In this document: one piece after another, positions 54,177 to 63,657 of the stretch
Position numbering within the stretch: position 1 is the stretch's first letter
Layout of the letters: each line of letters begins with the position of its first letter
Assembly: GCF_003334335.1 (NCBI RefSeq)
Contig: NZ_QOWQ01000021.1
Strand: one strand, 5' to 3'
From: Escherichia coli
Lineage (GTDB): Bacteria > Pseudomonadota > Gammaproteobacteria > Enterobacterales > Enterobacteriaceae
DNA length: 64,000 nucleotides
The notes under the pieces: model-generated
What the model was told of the DNA's origin: nothing
Seen by the model: only the letters and a program-made list of their open reading frames with translations
The model's database searches: none
Position numbers and translations under genes: made by a program

Positions 54177-54366
54177 CGTTCCTCCTCAAAAAAAAGCCTA
54201 GCGTAGCGATTACCGCTTATGAAGACTTTGCGCCAGCGCAGGACTGAATGCTTTTATTGTACATTTATATTTACACCATATGTAACGTCGGTTTGACGAA
54301 GCAGCCGTTATGCCTTAACCTGCGCCGCAGATATCACTCATAAAGATCGTCAGGACAGAAGAAAGC

Positions 54367-55578
54367 GTGAAAAACAGAACCCTGGGAAGTGTTTTTATCG
54401 TGGCGGGAACCACAATTGGCGCAGGCATGCTGGCAATGCCGCTGGCTGCGGCAGGTGTTGGTTTTAGCGTCACGTTAATCTTGTTGATTGGGCTTTGGGC
54501 GTTGATGTGCTACACGGCGCTATTACTGCTGGAGGTGTACCAGCATGTTCCGGCAGATACCGGTCTTGGCACGCTGGCAAAACGCTATCTGGGACGCTAC
54601 GGTCAGTGGCTGACGGGCTTCAGTATGATGTTCTTAATGTATGCTCTGACTGCGGCATACATCAGCGGTGCCGGTGAATTGTTGGCCTCCAGCATCAGCG
54701 ACTGGACAGGTATTTCAATGTCGGCAACCGCTGGCGTGCTGTTGTTCACTTTTGTTGCCGGTGGCGTGGTTTGTGTCGGGACATCGCTGGTCGATTTGTT
54801 TAACCGTTTTCTGTTCAGCGCCAAAATTATTTTTCTGGTGGTGATGCTGGTATTGCTGCTACCGCATATTCACAAAGTGAATCTTTTAACCCTGCCGTTG
54901 CAACAGGGGCTGGCTCTGTCAGCAATCCCGGTGATTTTTACCTCATTTGGTTTTCACGGTAGCGTGCCGAGTATTGTCAGCTATATGGATGGCAACGTTC
55001 GTAAGCTACGCTGGGTGTTTATAACCGGTAGTGCGATCCCCCTGGTGGCATATATTTTCTGGCAGGTGGCAACGCTTGGCAGCATTGATTCAACAACCTT
55101 TATGGGATTGCTGGCTAATCATGCTGGATTAAACGGGCTGTTACAGGCGTTACGCGAAATGGTGGCCTCTCCGCATGTTGAGCTGGCAGTGCATTTATTT
55201 GCTGATTTAGCCCTCGCCACGTCATTTCTCGGCGTTGCGTTAGGCTTATTTGATTATCTGGCTGATTTATTTCAGCGTTCAAATACCGTTGGTGGACGGT
55301 TGCAAACTGGTGCAATTACCTTTCTGCCGCCGTTGGCGTTTGCACTGTTTTATCCACGAGGATTTGTGATGGCGCTGGGTTACGCCGGTGTGGCGCTGGC
55401 GGTACTGGCATTGATTATCCCTTCGCTGTTGACCTGGCAAAGCAGAAAGCACAATCCTCAGGCGGGTTACCGGGTGAAAGGTGGTCGTCCGGCGCTGGTG
55501 GTGGTGTTTCTCTGTGGTATTGCTGTGATTGGCGTGCAATTTTTGATTGCGGCAGGGTTGTTACCAGAAGTGGGGTGA
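54367..55578 (+). CDS. tyrP: Tyrosine-specific transporter
   Basis: 403 aa, GTG start, multi-TM. Confidence 0.95.
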   Translation: MKNRTLGSVFIVAGTTIGAGMLAMPLAAAGVGFSVTLILLIGLWALMCYTALLLLEVYQHVPADTGLGTLAKRYLGRYGQWLTGFSMMFLMYALTAAYISGAGELLASSISDWTGISMSATAGVLLFTFVAGGVVCVGTSLVDLFNRFLFSAKIIFLVVMLVLLLPHIHKVNLLTLPLQQGLALSAIPVIFTSFGFHGSVPSIVSYMDGNVRKLRWVFITGSAIPLVAYIFWQVATLGSIDSTTFMGLLANHAGLNGLLQALREMVASPHVELAVHLFADLALATSFLGVALGLFDYLADLFQRSNTVGGRLQTGAITFLPPLAFALFYPRGFVMALGYAGVALAVLALIIPSLLTWQSRKHNPQAGYRVKGGRPALVVVFLCGIAVIGVQFLIAAGLLPEVG

Positions 55579-55639
55579 TCAGATAGCCTCAAATTCCTTA
55601 TTGGGTGCCAGAATTAACGCTGACACCCAATTTGACCTC

Positions 55640-56305
55640 TTAATGCAGGCAGCACTGCTTAAATTTCTTACCACTACCGCACGGGCAAGGATCGTTACGC
55701 CCCGGTTTCTCTTCTGCTTTGATCGGTTGCTGAACAGCTTTTTCCTGCGGATGCGCCATCCAGTACGCATGTAGATCAAGCGCCGCCAGTCGAATGGCAT
55801 CTACGCTCTCTTCAAACGCTTCTGGCGACATTTTCTCTACCCGCTCGAAGTTTTCCTCAGTACCGTGCAGCGCAATCGCCTCCAGCGCTGGTTTTAACGA
55901 ATCGGGCAACGTTGACCAGTCAGAAAGTGCCACGCCCCGCATATAGCCAAAGCACCACTCCTCAACAATCGTCAGCTCGCTGCCATCAACTTCTCGCAAG
56001 CCGAATAACGGCTCAAACTGCTCCGGGAATTCGTTCAGACGCTCTGCGGTATCGGCCATATGTTGAAAAGCCAGATTCATAAAGCGCGTCATCTCTTTCT
56101 CTGACGCCCAGCGCGGCACATAGTCAGCCCCACCCCACACGGCAACCAGCCACTGTTCCGGTTCAATCTCTTGCGGAGAACTCAACACCGCCGTCAATAA
56201 ACCGTCCAGCTCCGCCACATCAAGGATGGCGTGGTCAGTGTTGTATTTGGTCAGAATATCGTCCAGCCATTCCAACTCACTTTCGTTTAACGGTCCCGTT
56301 TTCAT
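55640..56305 (-). CDS. yecA: SEC-C motif protein YecA
   Basis: C-terminal [13 protein letters not shown]. Confidence 0.93.
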   Translation of the reverse strand: MKTGPLNESELEWLDDILTKYNTDHAILDVAELDGLLTAVLSSPQEIEPEQWLVAVWGGADYVPRWASEKEMTRFMNLAFQHMADTAERLNEFPEQFEPLFGLREVDGSELTIVEEWCFGYMRGVALSDWSTLPDSLKPALEAIALHGTEENFERVEKMSPEAFEESVDAIRLAALDLHAYWMAHPQEKAVQQPIKAEEKPGRNDPCPCGSGKKFKQCCLH

Positions 56306-56433
56306 ACGCTTTTCCTTGTGGATCTCAACTCGCCAGCACCTATCTTACATGCCGGTCCGTATCAGAGATACTTTTTGAGTGGCTTTGCTGGTGATTAAAA
56401 ATTAGGGAGGGTGTAACGACAAGTTGCAGGCAC

Positions 56434-56458
56434 AAAAAAACCACCCGAAGGTGGTTTC
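56434..56458 (-). terminator. Rho-independent terminator immediately downstream of the tRNA-Leu 3' end
   Basis: AAACCACC-ttcg-GGTGGTTT hairpin followed by a T-run on the minus strand. Confidence 0.75.
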
Positions 56459-56500
56459 ACGACACTGCTTATTGCTTTGATTTTATTCTTATCTTTCCCA

Positions 56501-56552
56501 TGGTACCCGGAGCGGGACTTGAACCCGCACAGCGCGAACGCCGAGGGATTTT
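56501..56552 (-). other. leuZ: 3' fragment (about 50 nt) of a tRNA-Leu gene (leuZ type): T-arm and CCA end only; prophage att core
   Basis: ...aatccctcggcgttcgcgctgtgcgggttcaagtcccgctccgggtacca on the minus strand; the sequence 5' of it is not tRNA-like and the integrase follows. Confidence 0.75.
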
Positions 56553-56661
56553 AAAAACTATCAACCACCATTTATAAATCATAACGTTATGATTTTATTA
56601 AGTATACAGATAAAGCAATATGGCGCTATTTGATGCTTTTGTTACTTTTCATCGCCACTTT

Positions 56662-57663
56662 TTACCCTCTATTGTCAAAGGGATTCAGTTCAACAGCAGC
56701 CTCTAAATGACCCGGCGCAAAGTGTGCATAACGCATAGTCATTTTTATATCGCTATGCCCCAGTATTTTTTGCAACACAAGAATATTTCCTCCCCGCATC
56801 ATAAAATGGCTGGCAAACGTATGACGTAGCACATGAGTTAATTGTCCGTCAGGAAGTTCGATCTTTGCTCTCTTAATAGCGGCGTCAAAAGCCTCATAAC
56901 ATGGTGAAAAAAGCGCCCCGCGTTTTTTAGGAAGCATGGCCTGCAATTGAGGTGAAATAGGTACAGTGCGGTTCTTCTTTCCTTTGGTTTTAACAAATGT
57001 GATTCGTCCAGGCAGTATTTGAGATTGCTTTAATCCCTCTGCTTCACTCCACCTGGCACCAGTCGCAAGCCCAATACGGACGACAACACCCAAATCTTTA
57101 TTCCGTGACTCATCACATGCAATCAGAAGGCGTTCAATCTCATCTGCATACAGAAACGCCTGTTCCTTTTCTTCCTCACGAAACTTGCGAATACCTGTCA
57201 ATGGATTTTCACCAGACCACTCCCCAAGGCGCTTCAGTTCAGCAAAAACAGCATGTAAATATGACTGTTCGCGATTAACGGTTGCTTCACTAAGTTTTTT
57301 CTTCCCCTTTGGATTCCATTCACCTGATAACCGCCGCTCCCTGTAGATGGCAAACATATTTTTATCAAATTGAGAAGCAAACGGATCACCCAACCTAGAA
57401 CAAATCGCCTCAAGTTTAGCCTTGCGCTCTTCACCGGAAGACAACGTTTTACCGTACATTTCAAACCAGCGAGCAACCAACTCGGAAAGACGGGGGCCAG
57501 AACCATCCTGAAACTCGCCCCCTAAATTACCGTTCATTAAACGGCGCTCATAAGAGAGCGCCTCACCTTTAGTAGCAAACTGCTTACGAATGCGTTTTCC
57601 TGCTGCTCCGTAGGGATAGCATTCACAGAGCCATTTACCAGTAGATAGTTTACGAACAGACAT
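56662..57663 (-). CDS. int: Tyrosine-type integrase (P2/186-like N-terminus)
   Basis: MSVRKLSTGKWLCECYPYG... N-terminus; catalytic region LRHTFASHFMMRGG...MRYAHF. Confidence 0.85.
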   Translation of the reverse strand: MSVRKLSTGKWLCECYPYGAAGKRIRKQFATKGEALSYERRLMNGNLGGEFQDGSGPRLSELVARWFEMYGKTLSSGEERKAKLEAICSRLGDPFASQFDKNMFAIYRERRLSGEWNPKGKKKLSEATVNREQSYLHAVFAELKRLGEWSGENPLTGIRKFREEEKEQAFLYADEIERLLIACDESRNKDLGVVVRIGLATGARWSEAEGLKQSQILPGRITFVKTKGKKNRTVPISPQLQAMLPKKRGALFSPCYEAFDAAIKRAKIELPDGQLTHVLRHTFASHFMMRGGNILVLQKILGHSDIKMTMRYAHFAPGHLEAAVELNPFDNRG

Positions 57664-57697
57664 ATTAAAAAGTGCACACCAAGGAAAATTTTCGTGA

Positions 57698-57955
57698 TTA
57701 AGATGGTTGCTCAACCCGCATAAAGAGCTTTTCATCAACTAACTGCTCCCATTCATCGGGATCAAGCTCCCAAGAAGGAGCCGACATATCATCCTCATCC
57801 CCCTCATTTACAAAAGTAACCAAATAGAAAGGAAGATCTCCGGGCTCATCGTCATCGTCCTTGACAATATGAACATTAGTAACAACTATACGATTAGATG
57901 GATTAACTTTAGATACATATAAACCAATTAATGGAATTTGCGGATTAGTTACCAT
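57698..57955 (-). CDS. Small acidic hypothetical protein (85 aa)
   Basis: ORF between the membrane protein gene and int; Asp/Glu-rich. Confidence 0.45.
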   Translation of the reverse strand: MVTNPQIPLIGLYVSKVNPSNRIVVTNVHIVKDDDDEPGDLPFYLVTFVNEGDEDDMSAPSWELDPDEWEQLVDEKLFMRVEQPS

Positions 57956-58153
57956 AATTCATTTACCTCTTTGGACTTCCTCATGAACAAAGACTTACTT
58001 TTCTTTAAGACCATAACAAGTAATTCACACCATTTCTTACATCACTAGTTGCCCCCTCCCACCTTTGTCAGCTCGCTTAATTTATCTTTTTCATTTCTTT
58101 TAAAGTCGGTAAAGCAAGCTTTTGTCACAATATCTTTCTCCAACAACTATCTA

Positions 58154-58798
58154 TCAGAAAAGAACACTGCCTAATAAAACACCAACAACGAAACACATTC
58201 CTGTTTCTTTCGGGTATTTTCTAATTATTTGCTGAAAATTCATCTGTAATTGACTACCGGCAGAATTGTTGGCAGTTAATTTCTTTTCTCCTTCCACTGA
58301 TTGTTGGTCTAACCAGGAAAGAGCCATCTGAAGCTGAGAACGAGTAAGATCGTTTAAGCGACCCGTTCCGAAATTGATATGGCAATAGCGGATAAGTTTT
58401 TGACGAAGCACTCCATCTTCACTATTACGAAGTAAAATACTTACAAGCGCCTTACGCGCATCATGATCTTTACATCGTTCAAGCATCGCACACAGAAAGC
58501 TCTCTGCGGTCTTATATTGATTCATTGTTATATCATCAATACTGTCTACACCAATCTCTGCATGCAATTTTTGCCAAATAATAAACGCCTCGGTATTGCT
58601 GGCATCTACAATAGCAGCAACTAATCTATTTAATGCCTTCCGTTGCCCCTTAAGTAAGGGGCGTGGATCACTGTTATTGCTCGAAGGAATTGCGATATTG
58701 ACGGTATGAGAGCCATCATATCGCCCTATCTGAATATTCTTTTCTTGGTAATCTCGCCCAGCAATACGATTATCTGAACCGTTTGAGTTGACCGTCAT
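58154..58798 (-). CDS. Hypothetical protein with C-terminal TM anchor (214 aa); N-terminal NRIAGRDY motif shared with the upstream repressor
   Basis: Strong RBS AAGGAGGTG; C-terminal hydrophobic segment GMCFVVGVLLGSVLF; motif NGSDNRIAGRDYQE. Confidence 0.6.
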   Translation of the reverse strand: MTVNSNGSDNRIAGRDYQEKNIQIGRYDGSHTVNIAIPSSNNSDPRPLLKGQRKALNRLVAAIVDASNTEAFIIWQKLHAEIGVDSIDDITMNQYKTAESFLCAMLERCKDHDARKALVSILLRNSEDGVLRQKLIRYCHINFGTGRLNDLTRSQLQMALSWLDQQSVEGEKKLTANNSAGSQLQMNFQQIIRKYPKETGMCFVVGVLLGSVLF

Positions 58799-58813
58799 GC
58801 CACCTCCTTGCTA

Positions 58814-59218
58814 TCACTTACCCTTTGTTTCGTTATAGTCACGGCCTGCGATGCGGTTATTCCCGCCAGAGATATTTAACCCTCCCCCTGATGACTGACT
58901 CTCCTTTTCAGTGACTGCACCTTTCAAAGCACCAATCACCGCGTTTTTCACATCTAGTGAGGCACTCCGAAAACGTGTGATCAACTCCTGCTCATCATCG
59001 TTATAAGTTTCAGGTGAATGAATTCCCAACACGACATACTGAACATCAAGGCCAAAACGCGACAACGCTGATAAGTACGCCGCATCAGGAAAGCTATCCC
59101 CTTTCTCATATCTAAGTTGGGTTAACTTTTTAACCCCACCAATATCACTCATAGCGACTTGGCTAAGACCCAGCCGTTCCCTTTCCTCACGCAACCGTTG
59201 GCCAATATCATTTTTCAT
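58814..59218 (-). CDS. XRE-family HTH repressor (immunity repressor candidate) with Gly-rich C-terminal tail
   Basis: HTH LGLSQVAMSDIGGVKKLTQLRYEKG; divergent from the RHH gene; C-terminus ...GGNNRIAGRDYNETKGK. Confidence 0.7.
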   Translation of the reverse strand: MKNDIGQRLREERERLGLSQVAMSDIGGVKKLTQLRYEKGDSFPDAAYLSALSRFGLDVQYVVLGIHSPETYNDDEQELITRFRSASLDVKNAVIGALKGAVTEKESQSSGGGLNISGGNNRIAGRDYNETKGK

Positions 59219-59293
59219 ACAAAAACCTTGACAGGTATCTTTTTTGATACCAAAATACTTTCATGAGCCATTAGATGAACACAATATACCACT

Positions 59294-59512
59294 ATGAAAC
59301 AAGTTGTTCACGACACCAGATCACGGATTCCGCGTAACACAGCTACAGGACCGCGACTGGCACTTCGATTGTCAGCAGAAGAGCGAGCCGTCATTGATGA
59401 AATGGCAACTAAAGAACAGCGCTCATCCTCTAACATGGCACGCATGATCTTCCTTCGTGGCCTTGAGATTATCCAGAAAGAGCAAAACCAATCTTCATGC
59501 TCAGGAGGTTAA
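59294..59512 (+). CDS. Small ribbon-helix-helix/Cox-Apl-like DNA-binding protein
   Basis: 72 aa; RLALRLSAEERAVIDEMA resembles an RHH beta-strand/helix; divergent from the repressor. Confidence 0.5.
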   Translation: MKQVVHDTRSRIPRNTATGPRLALRLSAEERAVIDEMATKEQRSSSNMARMIFLRGLEIIQKEQNQSSCSGG

Positions 59513-59516
59513 CGGG

Positions 59517-59720
59517 ATGCAAGGTATAACAATAAACATCAACGTTAATGCCCCTTACGTATCTCTGAAGAAATACGCCGAGATAACAGGCATTCCTCTT
59601 AACACATGCAAAAAGATGTTGGCTGACGGTCGAATTATTATCCGCCCCAAACGCGCCAAAATGGAAAAACCAGAAGTAAACCTTATAGCTATGTTAAAAG
59701 ACGCAATAGCCAACAGCTAA
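59517..59720 (+). CDS. Small DNA-binding-like protein (67 aa)
   Basis: RBS AGGAGG before the ATG; HTH-like KKYAEITGIPLNTCKKMLADGRI. Confidence 0.5.
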   Translation: MQGITININVNAPYVSLKKYAEITGIPLNTCKKMLADGRIIIRPKRAKMEKPEVNLIAMLKDAIANS

Positions 59721-59787
59721 ACAATGAAGCGAGCATAACTATGAAGAAAACGTTTCATTAAAAACATCAAGATTTGAAGGTGTTGAC

Positions 59788-59982
59788 ATGACTGACTCCA
59801 CTCAAACAAAAGACTTATACAGCGATTTACGATTCATCATCATACAACAGCAATCAGGCAGACTGGATCCAACACGTGCAAGCAAGGCCTGGAAAGAAGC
59901 ACTTACCGATCAGGGGATCGATGTAATTAGCGAAGTCATGGCTGAAGTGATTTTTAAGCTAACAAGAGACGAATCACTGTAA
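59788..59982 (+). CDS. Hypothetical small protein (64 aa)
   Basis: ORF. Confidence 0.4.
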   Translation: MTDSTQTKDLYSDLRFIIIQQQSGRLDPTRASKAWKEALTDQGIDVISEVMAEVIFKLTRDESL

Positions 59983-60007
59983 TCATCGCATAAGGACCGA
60001 GTGAAGA

Positions 60008-60331
60008 ATGAAGCAACAACGAAATGCACGCATCAATAACAACACCGAACGCCACGTTGCACGCCAGCACTTCCGTAAAAATAGTGCGACCGCAACCACT
60101 GAAATCCATACCACACCAGACGGTCATCAGATAAAACAAACCGGAAAGCACACCTGGGCGATTGGCGACACTGGCATCGTTATTCACAAAAGTTTTCGTA
60201 GCCCTGTTACTGGCAGAATTAATTTTACCCTGACTCGCGGAGATGATTACTTCGGACAGGACTTCACATTTTTTGAAGCCTTAAGAACGGTCGATCGGTT
60301 AATGACTGGTCGTAATTTTCACGCTAAATGA
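60008..60331 (+). CDS. Hypothetical protein (107 aa)
   Basis: ORF. Confidence 0.45.
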   Translation: MKQQRNARINNNTERHVARQHFRKNSATATTEIHTTPDGHQIKQTGKHTWAIGDTGIVIHKSFRSPVTGRINFTLTRGDDYFGQDFTFFEALRTVDRLMTGRNFHAK

Positions 60332-60344
60332 TACAGATGAAAAC

Positions 60345-60560
60345 ATGGAAACATACAAAATTAAAGATATTGAACACCATGACGGTTTTTTCAGCGCTGA
60401 ACATGTTGCTTGTGTTGTCAGGATTTTCAATGAAGTAGATGTGATTTTGAAGCAAAACATAAAGCTTGAAATCATCGCAAAAAGCGAAGCAGACGCCATT
60501 GAAATAAAAAAAGCTATTGAACGTCAGATAATACAGTTGACAAGTACCATTGTATTTTAA
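60345..60560 (+). CDS. Hypothetical protein (71 aa)
   Basis: ORF. Confidence 0.4.
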   Translation: METYKIKDIEHHDGFFSAEHVACVVRIFNEVDVILKQNIKLEIIAKSEADAIEIKKAIERQIIQLTSTIVF

Positions 60561-60578
60561 GCAACAGGAAAAATAACC

Positions 60579-60818
60579 ATGACCAGAAATTACAAAGAAA
60601 TCGTCAATCAGATCATTAAGGCTTACAGCCACCGCATTGCAAAATTACCCGAGTTCATACGCATAATGGAGACGCATTCATTAATGCAAGGACTGAACGG
60701 GTTGGCACTGGCCGCATTGGCAGCTAACGATATTGATGCCACCATCGAAATAAACAACCTGTTATTAGACATTGAAAAAGGCGGAAACATAGAACCCTAC
60801 AATCTGGAGGCCGCATGA
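60579..60818 (+). CDS. Hypothetical protein (79 aa)
   Basis: ORF. Confidence 0.4.
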   Translation: MTRNYKEIVNQIIKAYSHRIAKLPEFIRIMETHSLMQGLNGLALAALAANDIDATIEINNLLLDIEKGGNIEPYNLEAA

Positions 60819-60940
60819 GCGTATTTCTTTCATGGCTAATTCTGATTATCTCCGTACTTATGGCAATCGGCATTATGCGAATTATCCACACACTGAAGGA
60901 TATCGAATTATTCTTTACCGGCGATAAACGCCGTAAATAA
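60815..60940 (+). CDS. Small single-TM peptide (41 aa, MSVFLSWLILIISVLMAIGIMRIIH...)
   Basis: Start overlaps the upstream stop; hydrophobic helix followed by a basic tail. Confidence 0.45.
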   Translation: MSVFLSWLILIISVLMAIGIMRIIHTLKDIELFFTGDKRRK

Positions 60941-60952
60941 AGCGAAAACGTT

Positions 60953-61048
60953 ATGAAGAATGTAAAAGCAATACTCACCATTGCCAGTGTGTGGCTGATA
61001 TTTCAGGTGTGTGCGCTTATCTGGTTAGCCCTGAAGATCTGGGAATAA
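60953..61048 (+). CDS. Small single-TM peptide (31 aa, MKNVKAILTIASVWLIFQVCALIWLALKIWE)
   Basis: Tandem to the previous small membrane peptide. Confidence 0.4.
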   Translation: MKNVKAILTIASVWLIFQVCALIWLALKIWE

Positions 61049-61153
61049 CCTTAAGCTTCAAATAAGAACGCAATAACACCAGAAAACATACGAACAATTA
61101 ATTAAGGCATTCATGCCATCGGGTTCCCTTTGTCTTTTTTCAGGAGTCAACAA

Positions 61154-61378
61154 ATGAGAACAGTCGAATCACCCGCAACCGCCAGACCAGTTAACCATCA
61201 TGCACATATCAGCATGGCCGCGAGAAAAGCCGAGCGTGCGCATATCTGCGAATTGCTCCGAGACCTGGTTAACACGGCGAAAGAGAAGCACTCCTCCCCG
61301 CTGGAAACCTGTTCAGCCATTGAACGACTGATTGCAACGCTCACGAACAACACCGAACTGAAGGGGTCAGCGCAATGA
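61154..61378 (+). CDS. Hypothetical protein (74 aa)
   Basis: AGGAG before the ATG; start overlaps the exonuclease gene. Confidence 0.45.
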   Translation: MRTVESPATARPVNHHAHISMAARKAERAHICELLRDLVNTAKEKHSSPLETCSAIERLIATLTNNTELKGSAQ

Positions 61379-61956
61379 ACCATCTCATGATTGACACCGA
61401 AACACTGGGTAACGGACCGGACGCAGCCATATTCGCGATCGGGGCGGTGTTTTTCGACCCGTTCACCGGAAAGCTGGGCAAGCAGTTTGAGAAATTCATC
61501 GACCCGGTAGATTCAGAACGCAACGGCGGAACCGTCAATGCAGCCACCGCTGTATGGTGGGCCGGACAATCCGTGGAGGCCAGATCCTGCCTGCGCAACG
61601 CAGAGGGAACAGAGCTTGCGGCAGTAACCGAATTTCTGGCGTTCATTTCACGCAATATGCATGACGAAAGCACGGGCAATTCACTGACCATATGGTGTAA
61701 GGGCGCATCCTTCGATTTCCCGATCCTGAAATCCGCCATAACACGCACAGCCGGAGAAAAAAGCATCCCCTGGTGCTACTGGAACGAGCGCTGTATGCGC
61801 CCGCTTATCGCCATGGCTGAATCAACTGGATGGAAAATGCCAGGCAGATCAGGAAAAGAGGCCATTGCTCACACCGCGCTGGGCGACGCCATTTACCAGG
61901 CAAAGGTCGTGTCAGAAATCTGGCAGCGCTTCACAACACCATTCCTGAACATATGA
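61375..61956 (+). CDS. DnaQ-like (DEDDh) 3'-5' exonuclease
   Basis: Exo I motif IDTETLG and C-terminal HTALGDA motif. Confidence 0.7.
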   Translation: MNHLMIDTETLGNGPDAAIFAIGAVFFDPFTGKLGKQFEKFIDPVDSERNGGTVNAATAVWWAGQSVEARSCLRNAEGTELAAVTEFLAFISRNMHDESTGNSLTIWCKGASFDFPILKSAITRTAGEKSIPWCYWNERCMRPLIAMAESTGWKMPGRSGKEAIAHTALGDAIYQAKVVSEIWQRFTTPFLNI

Positions 61957-61965
61957 GGTGAAGCC

Positions 61966-62193
61966 ATGGTCGCCATCCTGAATGTGTGTTGCTGCCCCCC
62001 CCTGAACGTGGAAAGAAAAGCCCGCGCATCGCTGCGTTTATTCCGCGACGGCGTGCGGAATTTTTCACGCATAAAACCCCACGACTACCTGGTAATAAGA
62101 ATCGGTTTCCGCTGGCGATTACTGAGCAAAAACAACGGGGCGTCATGGGATTTATTAACGCACGAAACCTATAACAAAGAGGCCGCGTTATGA
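61966..62193 (+). CDS. DUF4222-like small phage protein
   Basis: FRWRLLSKNNGASWDLLTHETYNKEA, paralogous to the 11747-11965 product. Confidence 0.55.
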   Translation: MVAILNVCCCPPLNVERKARASLRLFRDGVRNFSRIKPHDYLVIRIGFRWRLLSKNNGASWDLLTHETYNKEAAL

Positions 62194-63170
62194 GCAAAGA
62201 ACTGTTATCCGGTACGCCACTGAAATGGGTGGGCGGAAAAAGCCGCATCATGAACACACTGAAGGCGCACCTGCCAGAAGCCGACTGTCTGGTTGAGCCG
62301 TTCGTGGGCGGCGCATCGGTATTCATGAACACCAGTTACAAGCGTTACATCCTGGGTGATTCCAATGGTGCGCTGATTAATTTCTACCGGCAAGCTAGGG
62401 ACAACACCGACAGCCTGATCGACGAGGCGAAAACCCTGTTCCTGAACCACAACAACAGGGGTGACTATCTCATCATTCGCGAAACCTTTAACGCAGAGAA
62501 TCATGCCTTCCTGAACAGCAGAACGGGAATAAGCGACCGCCGTGAACTGCGACTGGCCGCCATGTTTTTGTACCTGAACCGACACAGCTTTAACGGTTTG
62601 TTCCGCGTGAACGGAAAAGGCGATTTTAACGTGCCTTTCGGCTGCTACCGCAAGCCCTACTTCCCTGAGCGTGAAATCCGCGCATTTGCAGACAAGGCAA
62701 ACAGCACCCGAACGCTGCTTATCCACGCAGATTTTAAGGATACGCTGAACTCTGCCAGTCACCTGTTCGGCATGGGCAACACGCTTTGCGTGTACTGCGA
62801 TCCCCCTTACCTGCAATTCAGTGGCCGGGACAATTTTACCGCCTACGGAAAACCATTCGATGAAGACGAGCACGTTCGTCTGAGGGCAGCGCTTGACCGC
62901 CTTTCACAGGAAACGGGCGGCATGACCAGCATCACCATCTCCAATTCCGACACACCGGAAACACGACGCATTTATCGGGGTTACCGGATGAACTGCATAC
63001 AGGCACCACGAAGCGTTGGCGCAAGAACCCGGGAATCAGCACCGGAGGTTATCGCCACCCTGAGACAGTGCGACGCCTGCGGTCACCATGGCGGTGGCTA
63101 CTGCCCGGACTGCGGACCTGTAACGGGAGATGCAACTTACAGCGTGATGTTTACCCCTGCCAGTACGTGA
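62190..63170 (+). CDS. Phage DNA adenine methyltransferase (Dam-like) with C-terminal Cys-rich zinc ribbon
   Basis: Motif I PFVGGASVF, motif IV DPPY; C-terminal CDACGHHGGGYCPDCG. Confidence 0.85.
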   Translation: MSKELLSGTPLKWVGGKSRIMNTLKAHLPEADCLVEPFVGGASVFMNTSYKRYILGDSNGALINFYRQARDNTDSLIDEAKTLFLNHNNRGDYLIIRETFNAENHAFLNSRTGISDRRELRLAAMFLYLNRHSFNGLFRVNGKGDFNVPFGCYRKPYFPEREIRAFADKANSTRTLLIHADFKDTLNSASHLFGMGNTLCVYCDPPYLQFSGRDNFTAYGKPFDEDEHVRLRAALDRLSQETGGMTSITISNSDTPETRRIYRGYRMNCIQAPRSVGARTRESAPEVIATLRQCDACGHHGGGYCPDCGPVTGDATYSVMFTPAST

Positions 63171-63205
63171 ATAAACAGATGAATCAGTAACACCGGAGTC
63201 AGGAA

Positions 63206-63442
63206 ATGAATAGCGAAAACAACAAAGAGCTTTTGCGGGAATTGCGTCTCATCGCCCGTGCACATGAGGAAGCAGCAAAAGTTATCGCTGCTGCTGGAAG
63301 ACCAGAGCTCGTTATCGCTTCAGCAATCTCACTGAGGATCACCATGGAAGCAATCCGGGTGATTCAGGATCAGGAAAGTGAAATCGCCACCCTTAAAAAG
63401 CAGCTCAACGAGAAATCTGCCGGGCAAAGGAGTCAGCAATGA
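63206..63442 (+). CDS. Hypothetical protein (78 aa)
   Basis: ORF. Confidence 0.45.
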   Translation: MNSENNKELLRELRLIARAHEEAAKVIAAAGRPELVIASAISLRITMEAIRVIQDQESEIATLKKQLNEKSAGQRSQQ

Positions 63443-63657
63443 TCCAGGAATCAACCGTTATCCGGTTCACAGCCAACGGCCGTCAGTACGAGGTAGACGA
63501 AGCCCTGATTGATTACAGCATGACCCGCCAGAGCTCACGCTTTCAGGACATGTACCACATCCGGCTAATCAACGGTTCGTCTTTCAACGCCACAAACGTG
63601 GAAGAAGTACGCGTGCTGACAGCAACACGCAACACGGGAGGTAAAGCGTGGCAGTGA
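63439..63657 (+). CDS. Hypothetical protein (72 aa)
   Basis: Start overlaps the upstream stop. Confidence 0.45.
   Translation: MIQESTVIRFTANGRQYEVDEALIDYSMTRQSSRFQDMYHIRLINGSSFNATNVEEVRVLTATRNTGGKAWQ

Noticed and set aside
58796-58816. Possible stop-codon read-through fusing the HTH repressor to the downstream 214-aa protein (same frame, 15-nt gap)
   Set aside because: The repressor TGA stop is followed immediately by an in-frame TAG, so read-through cannot produce a fusion. The shared NRIAGRDY motif needs another explanation.
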